A stretch of 64,000 bases of DNA from an uncultured Pelagibacteraceae bacterium (GTDB taxonomy: Bacteria; Pseudomonadota; Alphaproteobacteria; Pelagibacterales; Pelagibacteraceae). Shown piece after piece: positions 57,683 to 64,000 of this stretch (position 1 is its first letter; the number at the start of each line of letters is the position of its first letter). The notes beneath the pieces were generated by a model that saw only the letters and a program-made list of their open reading frames with translations, did no database searches and was not told the origin of the DNA. A program made the translations under genes and the position numbers. The stretch is from NCBI GenBank assembly GCA_902622805.1, contig CACNRG010000001.1, positions 89,285-153,284 of the forward strand. The letters are read 5' to 3'.

Positions 57683-57847
57683 TTAATTAAAAAATTTAAT
57701 TATAATTGCAATTATTCCAATAATTAATATCCAAATAAAAAGATTATTGAAAAATTCTTTTTTGTTTTTATTGGCATAAATAAAACCAGGTAAAAGTAAA
57801 GCAAGCACTAAAATTAAATATACTACAGATAGAGCATCATCATTCAT
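57683..57847 (-). CDS. Small two-TM membrane protein (54 aa)
   Basis: Manual translation MNDDALSVVYLILVLALLLPGFIYANKNKKEFFNNLFIWILIIGIIAIIIKFFN*. Fills the gap between the DUF2237 gene and ETF-QO. Confidence 0.6.
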   Translation of the reverse strand: MNDDALSVVYLILVLALLLPGFIYANKNKKEFFNNLFIWILIIGIIAIIIKFFN

Positions 57848-57855
57848 CTTAATTG

Positions 57856-58230
57856 CTAAGAGAGATCAATTGCAAATTTTTTTAAAGTTTCAATAGGTAA
57901 AATTTTCAATGTATTATGATGTGTACTTTTCAGATAAATAGGACAGCCTTTCCCTGCTTCCACTGCTCTTGCATACCAACTTGCACAAACACACCAACCA
58001 TCTCCATCTTTTAAACCCGGAAAACCAAATTCAGGATGAGGTGTAATTAAATCATTACCAGCTTCTTTGCACCATTCTAAAAATTCATTAGTCACTTTTG
58101 CACAAACAGTATGAACTCCTTGATCATTTTCATCAGTATTACAACATCCATCACGATACCATCCTGTCAATGGATCAAGCGAACATTGCTCTAGATCTTG
58201 TCCTAGAACATTTTTTTGTTTTTCACTCAT
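57856..58230 (-). CDS. DUF2237 family protein
   Basis: NVLG..L..CS.DP.TGWYRDGCC, HTVCA, GNDLITP.PEFGFPGLK.GD.WCVCA. Confidence 0.88.
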   Translation of the reverse strand: MSEKQKNVLGQDLEQCSLDPLTGWYRDGCCNTDENDQGVHTVCAKVTNEFLEWCKEAGNDLITPHPEFGFPGLKDGDGWCVCASWYARAVEAGKGCPIYLKSTHHNTLKILPIETLKKFAIDLS

Positions 58231-58698
58231 TTATATTTTTGTAGGATTAGGTTGGCCCTTATACACTTCTTCCGGATCAAATTTTTTCTCTTTTTCTAAA
58301 AATTTCATTTCAATTTTTCTTCCGTTCTCAATTGGTCCTAAAGGAATTGATCTATAAAAACATGATCGATATCCAACATGACAACTAGCACCACCACCAA
58401 TATCTACTGTTAACCAAATAGAGTCTTGATCATCATCGATTCTAATTTCTTTTACTTTTTGGGTAAATCCACTTGTTTTTCCTTTATGCCAAATAACATT
58501 TCTTGATCTACTAAAATAATGAGCTTCTTTTGTTTCAATAGTTTTTTTTAGTGCTTCGACATTCATAAAGCCATGCATTAGAATATCTTTTGTCTTAGAA
58601 CACATAGTGATAACTGGGATTAACCCATCATTATCAAATTTGGGTGATAGAAGTTTTCCTTCTTCAATTTCTAGGACATTTTCTCTTTTTTTGAACAT
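58231..58698 (-). CDS. hisI: Phosphoribosyl-AMP cyclohydrolase
   Basis: GLIPVI, YFSRSR..IWHKGKTSG..Q, DDDQD, SCHVGYRSCFYR. Confidence 0.88.
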   Translation of the reverse strand: MFKKRENVLEIEEGKLLSPKFDNDGLIPVITMCSKTKDILMHGFMNVEALKKTIETKEAHYFSRSRNVIWHKGKTSGFTQKVKEIRIDDDQDSIWLTVDIGGGASCHVGYRSCFYRSIPLGPIENGRKIEMKFLEKEKKFDPEEVYKGQPNPTKI

Positions 58699-58774
58699 AA
58701 TAAGTGATTATGTAGCACATATAGGCATATTTTAAATATTTTAAAATTACTAATTTATAGGTATAAAACTTTCG

Positions 58775-59389
58775 ATGAAATTAGTTAAAGAAATAAACAC
58801 ACAAAATGAAAAGAAAAAAGTCTCTGACAAAGAAGCAGAGGAAGCTTTTAAAACAATTCTATCATGGATGGGAGAAGATCCTAATAGAGAAGGTTTATTG
58901 GAAACTCCTAAAAGAGTTGTAAAAGCTTTTAAAGAATATTTTAAAGGATACACAGAGGATCCAAATCAAATTTTAGATAAAACTTTTGGAGATGTTGAGG
59001 GTTATGACGATATGGTAATTCAAAAAAATATCTCTGTTCAAAGTCATTGTGAGCATCATATGGCGCCGATTATTGGAAAAGCTCATGTTGCATATATTCC
59101 AAAAGAAAGAGTGGTTGGTTTAAGTAAATTAGCTAGAGTAGTCGAAGTATTTTCCAAAAGATTACAAACTCAAGAAAGATTGACTATGCAGATTGCGAAT
59201 ACCTTAATGGAATCTTTAGACGCTAAAGGTGTCGCAGTAACAATTGATTCAACACATCAATGTATGACTATGAGAGGAATTAAAAAAGAGCAAGCATCAA
59301 CGGTTACCAATTACTACTTAGGTCAGTTTAAAGAAGATTTAAGTTATCAAAATAGATATTTAAGATTTATTAGTATTACAAAAGACTAA
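58775..59389 (+). CDS. folE: GTP cyclohydrolase I
   Basis: GEDPNREGLLETPKRV, SHCEHH, VVGLSKLAR, RLQTQERLT, HQCMTMRG. Confidence 0.95.
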   Translation: MKLVKEINTQNEKKKVSDKEAEEAFKTILSWMGEDPNREGLLETPKRVVKAFKEYFKGYTEDPNQILDKTFGDVEGYDDMVIQKNISVQSHCEHHMAPIIGKAHVAYIPKERVVGLSKLARVVEVFSKRLQTQERLTMQIANTLMESLDAKGVAVTIDSTHQCMTMRGIKKEQASTVTNYYLGQFKEDLSYQNRYLRFISITKD

Positions 59390-59390
59390 A

Positions 59391-60395
59391 GTGTCCAATC
59401 AATTTAAAGCTTTAATACTTAACCAAGATGGTGATAGTTTTAATAGAGAAGTAAAATCTATAGATAAAAATTTTTTAAAACATGGAGATGTAACAGTAAA
59501 AGTTCATTATTCTGGACTTAATTATAAAGATGCTTTAATCTTAAAAAATGGAGCGAGACTAGTAAAAGAATTTCCACATATTCCTGGTATCGATTTTAGT
59601 GGCGTTGTAGAAGAAAGTAACCATAAAAACTTTAAAACTGGCGACGAAATTATATTAACTGGTTGGAGAGTAGGTGAAATCTATTATGGAGGTTATTCTC
59701 AATACGCAAAAGTAAACGGAGACTTTTTAGTAAAAAAACCAAAAAATCTATCACTAAGAGAATCAATGATAATGGGTACAGCAGGTTTCACTGCTTTACA
59801 ATGTTCATTCACTACAAAAACTACAAGAGAAGAATTATTGTTAGGTGAAAAAGTTCAAAATGTAATTGTCAGCGGTGCTTCAGGAGGAGTAGGAAGCATG
59901 GCAGTAATGATATTAAATAATCTTGGATGTGATGTTACAGCTGTTACAGGTAAAGATAATAATAAAGATTATTTAAAATTAATTGGAGCTAAAAACGTTG
60001 TAAATACTAATGAATTGATGAAAGATGCAAGACCTTTAGATAAAGGATTATGGGATGGAGCAGTTGATACTGTAGGTGGCAAAATATTAGAAAATATTCT
60101 CTCACAAACTAAAGATGCAGGTATCGTAGCGGCGTGTGGAAATGCTTTAGATATAAAATTGAATACAACTGTAATGCCATTCATAATCAGAGGTGTAAAA
60201 CTTTGGGGTATTAATTCTGTAAATGCATCAATAAAAAGAAGACAATTTTTGTGGAATGAGGCTGCAAAATTACTTAATTTTGATATTTTGGAAAAATCAA
60301 TTAAAGAAATTAATTTAGATGAGGTGATCAATATTTTTCCAGGGATGCTTAAAGGAGAAACGTCAGGAAGATATATTATAAATTTAAATAAATAA
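59391..60395 (+). CDS. acuI: Acryloyl-CoA reductase AcuI/YhdH family MDR oxidoreductase
   Basis: SGLNYKDAL, PGIDFSG, GTAGFTA, SGASGGVGS, DTVGG, PFIIRGV.LWGINS. GTG start. Confidence 0.82.
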   Translation: MSNQFKALILNQDGDSFNREVKSIDKNFLKHGDVTVKVHYSGLNYKDALILKNGARLVKEFPHIPGIDFSGVVEESNHKNFKTGDEIILTGWRVGEIYYGGYSQYAKVNGDFLVKKPKNLSLRESMIMGTAGFTALQCSFTTKTTREELLLGEKVQNVIVSGASGGVGSMAVMILNNLGCDVTAVTGKDNNKDYLKLIGAKNVVNTNELMKDARPLDKGLWDGAVDTVGGKILENILSQTKDAGIVAACGNALDIKLNTTVMPFIIRGVKLWGINSVNASIKRRQFLWNEAAKLLNFDILEKSIKEINLDEVINIFPGMLKGETSGRYIINLNK

Positions 60396-61285
60396 TGGAC
60401 TGGGATAAATTAAAAATATTTCATGCTGTTGCGGAAGCAGGAAGTTTTACTAATGCAACAATTAATTTAAATTTAAGCCAATCTGCTATTAGCAGACAAA
60501 TCCAATCTTTAGAACACGATTTAAAAGTTCAACTTTTTGAAAGACATGCAAGAGGATTGACATTAACGGAAAATGGTGAGTATGTATTTAAAACAGCTCA
60601 TGAAGTTATTAGTAAATTAAAAGAGGTAGAAACCTCACTAGGTGACCAAAAAAGTAAACCAACTGGTAAATTAACAATTACTACAGTAAGAAGTTTTGGA
60701 ACTCACTGGTTAACTCCAAGAATTGAAGAATTTATGAGACTTAACCCTGAAATTGAAATTGAACTTGTATTTGATGACAAAGAATTAGATCTGAGCACAA
60801 GACAAGCAGATATAGGTATTTTTATGAGAAGACCCAAACAACTCAACTATATTCAAAAGAAACTGGTTGATATTAAGTACTTTATATATGGGTCAAATAA
60901 ATATTTGGAAAAAAATGGAATGCCTAAAACAATAACTGATTTAAATAAGCATAAGTTTATATCTTTTGGAAAAGGTGCACCATCACCAGTTTACAATCCA
61001 GACTGGGCTTTAAAACTTGGTATGCATGATGGAAAAAAAAGAAAATCTATAATGAAGGTAAATAGTGTAATGGGGTTACTTTTAGCAGTAGAGGCTGGTG
61101 TTGGTCTTGCGGCACTTCCAGAATATTTGGTTATTAATTCAAATAATGTGATTAAAGTATTACCTAAATCTGAGGGTCCTATCACTGAAGCTCATTTTGT
61201 TTATCCTCAATCATTAAAAAACACAGCTCGGGTACAAGCTTTTAGAAACTTCCTCTTTAGTAAAATAGGCGACTGGAAAGTCTAG
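60395..61285 (+). CDS. LysR-family regulator (resembles alphaproteobacterial VtlR/LsrB)
   Basis: MDWDKLKIFHAVAEAGSFT...LSQSAISRQI..LE..L...LFERHARGL HTH. TAATG-coupled to acuI. Confidence 0.9.
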   Translation: MDWDKLKIFHAVAEAGSFTNATINLNLSQSAISRQIQSLEHDLKVQLFERHARGLTLTENGEYVFKTAHEVISKLKEVETSLGDQKSKPTGKLTITTVRSFGTHWLTPRIEEFMRLNPEIEIELVFDDKELDLSTRQADIGIFMRRPKQLNYIQKKLVDIKYFIYGSNKYLEKNGMPKTITDLNKHKFISFGKGAPSPVYNPDWALKLGMHDGKKRKSIMKVNSVMGLLLAVEAGVGLAALPEYLVINSNNVIKVLPKSEGPITEAHFVYPQSLKNTARVQAFRNFLFSKIGDWKV

Positions 61286-61324
61286 AAATTCAGTAATTAT
61301 TGCATTTTAGGGTGCGACATACTT

Positions 61325-61360
61325 GCGATTGATAATCATTATCATTGCGAATAGTTATCA
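61325..61360 (+). promoter_or_regulatory. Fur-like box(es) upstream of the iron ABC transporter
   Basis: GCGATTGATAATCATTATC (61325-61343) matches 16/19 positions of GATAATGATAATCATTATC. It is followed by a related ATTGCGAATAGTTATCA. Confidence 0.8.
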
Positions 61361-61398
61361 CTCTCAAAATAATACTTATAACTAACTATAGGAAATAA

Positions 61399-62427
61399 AT
61401 GAAAAAAATATCGATATTTGCATTGATAGGTTCTTTATTTGTATCGGCTTTTGCTTATGCAAATGAGGTTAACATATTTAATGCAAGACACTATAAGGCT
61501 GACGCTGAGCTTTATTCAAAATTTACTAATAAAACTGGAATTAAAGTAAATTTGATTAATGGTAAATCAGGTGCTTTAGAAAAAAGAATCATCAGTGAAG
61601 GTAAAGATTCTTCAGCAGACTTATACATCACAGCTGATGCTGGAAGATGTGGAGCTATGGATGCAAAAGGAACACTTCAAGGTGGTTTATCTTCTGAAGC
61701 TATTAAAGCAGCCGTTCCTTCTACATTTAGAACAAACAAATGGGTTGGAATCGCAAAAAGAGCTAGAATAGTTTACTACTCTCCTGAGAGAGTTAGTGGA
61801 GCTGAGTTGTCTGGTTTAACTTATGAAAGTTTAGCTGATCCAAAATGGAAAGGTAGATTAGTAATTAGAAAGTCAAGCAACATTTACAATAAATCTCTTG
61901 TAGCATCATTAATTAAAAATAATGGAAAAAAAGCTACAGCAGAATGGGCTAAAGGCGTTGTTTCTAATATGGCAAGAACACCAACAGGTAATGACAGAGC
62001 ACAAATAATGGCAGTTGCAGCTGGTGAAGCTGACATTGCTGTAGCAAATACTTATTACTTGGCTTTAATGTTATCTGGTAAAAAAGGAGCAGAACAACAG
62101 GCAGCAGCTAAAAAAGTTAAGGCTTTCTTCCCTAATCAAAATGATAGAGGAACGCATATGAATATTAGCTGTGCAGCTTTAGTAAAAGGTGCGCCTAACA
62201 AGAAAAATGCCATTAAACTTGTCGAGTTTTTATTAACTCCAGAATCTCAAGAGCATTTTACAAATAACACTTTTGAGTTTCCGATGATTGATGGTGTTTC
62301 ACCAAGTCCATTAGTAGTAAATAATTTAGGATTAGATTTCAAACAAGATATGAAAACTAAACTTGCTTCTTATGGAAAAAATCAAGCTGCTGCTGTAGAG
62401 GTAATGACAGCTGCTGGTTGGAAGTAA
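61399..62427 (+). CDS. sfuC: Fe(III) ABC transporter substrate-binding protein (SfuC/FutA/FbpA family)
   Basis: Signal peptide, ARHY, ADLYITADAG, NIYNKSL, GNDRAQI, ANTYY (paired Tyr iron ligands). Confidence 0.9.
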   Translation: MKKISIFALIGSLFVSAFAYANEVNIFNARHYKADAELYSKFTNKTGIKVNLINGKSGALEKRIISEGKDSSADLYITADAGRCGAMDAKGTLQGGLSSEAIKAAVPSTFRTNKWVGIAKRARIVYYSPERVSGAELSGLTYESLADPKWKGRLVIRKSSNIYNKSLVASLIKNNGKKATAEWAKGVVSNMARTPTGNDRAQIMAVAAGEADIAVANTYYLALMLSGKKGAEQQAAAKKVKAFFPNQNDRGTHMNISCAALVKGAPNKKNAIKLVEFLLTPESQEHFTNNTFEFPMIDGVSPSPLVVNNLGLDFKQDMKTKLASYGKNQAAAVEVMTAAGWK

Positions 62428-62453
62428 ACGACGTGAAACAAGATAAAAAATTT

Positions 62454-62603
62454 ATGTCTGAAATTGATTTGAATAAGTCTTCTAGTGCATGTTCCCCATG
62501 TCGTCTGGAGTGCGAAAAAATCAATGAAAGAGTAAATAAAAGAAAACTTGAAGAAATTAAATCTGAGGAAGTTCCGCATCTTCTCAAGGTTTTTAATTTT
62601 TAA
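62454..62603 (+). CDS. Putative small Cys-containing protein (49 aa)
   Basis: MSEIDLNKSSSACSPCRLECEKINERVNKRKLEEIKSEEVPHLLKVFNF*, with a CxxCxxxC motif. Start uncertain. Confidence 0.45.
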   Translation: MSEIDLNKSSSACSPCRLECEKINERVNKRKLEEIKSEEVPHLLKVFNF

Positions 62604-62617
62604 TTTTTTTCTTTCCC

Positions 62618-62651
62618 GTGTCCACCATAGATGGGGATTTGTGGTGGACAC
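62618..62651 (+). other. Strong stem-loop between sfuC and the permease gene
   Basis: GTGTCCACCATAGAT-GGGG-ATTTGTGGTGGACAC, a 15-bp stem including two G-U pairs. Confidence 0.75.
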
Positions 62652-62725
62652 ACTACTTAAAAGATTAAAATATTAATTATTTCCTGTAATTTGTTCAATT
62701 AAAATATTAGTGTGTTAAACAAAGA

Positions 62726-64000
62726 ATGTTTAGATTTTTTAATCTTTGGTTTATATCTTCATTGTTAGTTTCTATATTTGTTATCATTCCAATTTTTACT
62801 GTATTTACAAGTTTTTTTGAAAATACATCAGATTACTATGAACTTTTAAAAAATACTTTTTTAATTGAATATATTACTAATTCTCTAATATTATTAATAT
62901 TTGTATTGATAATAACTTTTTTGATTGGCACAGGTACAGCTTACGTTGTATCATTTTATACATTTCCATTTTGTAATTTCTTTAAATGGGCAATTATATT
63001 ATCTTTTGCAGTACCACCATATATTTATGCATATTCATTAACAGCTTTTTTCGAAAATTATGGAACGGCATTTACAATTTTAAAAAATTTATTTGGGGAT
63101 GGAGATTATAATAAAAATATTCCAAAATTTGATGGTATGTTAGGTGCAATTCTTTCTATTTCTTTTTCTCTATTTGCTTACGTATATATATTAACAAGAG
63201 CCTCTTTTTTATATCAATCTCAAAATTTAATTGAATTAGGAAAGAATTTAGGTTTTTCAAAATTTAGATCTTTTTATAAAATTATCTTGCCATCGGCACG
63301 TCCAGCAATAGTTGCTGGTTTGTCCTTAGTAGCTATGGAAACTCTTGCAGAGTTTGGAGCTGTTGATTTTTTTTCAATCAACACGCTCACAACAGGAATT
63401 TACAACTCATGGATTGCTTTTGATGATCTTGCTTTTGCAAATCGAATATCTTTTTTTCTTTTATTATTCATATTTGCTTTATTTTTATTAGAAAATTTAT
63501 CTAGAAGAAATGCAAAATATCACTTGAATGTTAGAAGTGGTTTTAAACGAAAAGAGAAGATTAAACTTTCAAGAAATAAATCTTATTTAGCATTTACATT
63601 CTGTTTTTTAGTATTTTTTTTAAGCTTTTTATTTCCATTAACTCAAATGTTATACTGGACAATAAAGTTTCCTGAAAATTTATTTGATTTAAATATTTTT
63701 ATTCTTTTAAAAAATACTCTGTACTTAGTCAGCTTATCAAGTTTTGTATTAATATTATTCTCTTTATTATCTAATTATGGAAATAGAGTTTCAAAAAGTA
63801 AAACTTTAAATTTTATGTCAACGTTATCTATTTCAGGATATGCTATTCCGGGTGTGATTTTAGCTATTGCTTTTATTACATTTATAGCATGGTTTGACGA
63901 ATCTATCGTTAAGTTATTAGGTTTTACATCAATAAAAAAAATATTTATAGGGTCAATTCTTGGTTTAGTTTTAGTTTATTTTGTTAGATTTTATTCTCTA
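62726..64000 (+). CDS. sfuB: Fe(III) ABC transporter permease (partial; runs off the right edge)
   Basis: Not in the ORF track. MFRFFNLWF...FAVPPYIYAY...ILPSARPAIVAGLSLVAMETLAEFGAV...TLTTGIY...GYAIPGVIL, an FbpB/FutB-type permease. Confidence 0.9.
   Translation, partial: MFRFFNLWFISSLLVSIFVIIPIFTVFTSFFENTSDYYELLKNTFLIEYITNSLILLIFVLIITFLIGTGTAYVVSFYTFPFCNFFKWAIILSFAVPPYIYAYSLTAFFENYGTAFTILKNLFGDGDYNKNIPKFDGMLGAILSISFSLFAYVYILTRASFLYQSQNLIELGKNLGFSKFRSFYKIILPSARPAIVAGLSLVAMETLAEFGAVDFFSINTLTTGIYNSWIAFDDLAFANRISFFLLLFIFALFLLENLSRRNAKYHLNVRSGFKRKEKIKLSRNKSYLAFTFCFLVFFLSFLFPLTQMLYWTIKFPENLFDLNIFILLKNTLYLVSLSSFVLILFSLLSNYGNRVSKSKTLNFMSTLSISGYAIPGVILAIAFITFIAWFDESIVKLLGFTSIKKIFIGSILGLVLVYFVRFYSL

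Noticed and set aside
1557-62651. Numerous 60-130 aa track ORFs overlapping long genes (e.g. 1557-1751, 9038-9247, 22377-22751, 31942-32256, 41296-41685, 52497-52838, 59969-60331, 62357-62587, 62382-62651)
   Set aside because: They are antisense or off-frame to well-supported genes and show no recognisable motifs.
1-64000. Glycine/SAM-V riboswitches, tRNA/rRNA genes, CRISPR arrays
   Set aside because: Intergenic regions are mostly too short and AT-rich, and no matching conserved motifs or spaced repeats were recognised by eye. An Rfam/tRNA scan would be needed to exclude them formally.

Overview
AT-rich, gene-dense chromosomal segment with very short or overlapping intergenic spaces. Gene content (tmoXWV, tdm, tmm, dddK, fhs, soxBDAG, metF plus aminomethyltransferase, sfuC/sfuB) points to a streamlined marine alphaproteobacterium, very probably SAR11/Pelagibacterales (inference). 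Most of the window is a methylated-amine/C1 catabolism region. It encodes TMA monooxygenase, a TMAO ABC transporter and demethylase, two paralogous gamma-glutamylmethylamide/N-methylglutamate-type clusters around a divergent Amt, THF-linked C1 oxidation enzymes, and a dimethylglycine dehydrogenase-type enzyme with ETF/ETF-QO, followed by an Fe(III) ABC transporter with a Fur-like box. The most striking elements are: (1) a mcl-mtkA-mtkB-ppc operon, the glyoxylate-regenerating half of the serine cycle, embedded in the methylamine region of a lineage regarded as oxidising but not assimilating C1; (2) a second GS-like/MgsABC-like/FAD-oxidase cluster whose MgsC-like subunit keeps the Fe-S cysteines that the first copy lacks; (3) the DMSP lyase dddK directly behind the DMS-oxidising tmm; (4) a diaminopropionate ammonia-lyase directly behind gmaS. 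Several small ORFs missed by the ORF track and a few structured RNA elements were also found. No rRNA, tRNA, CRISPR or mobile-element genes were recognised. All family assignments come from motif recognition and recalled sequences, not database searches.
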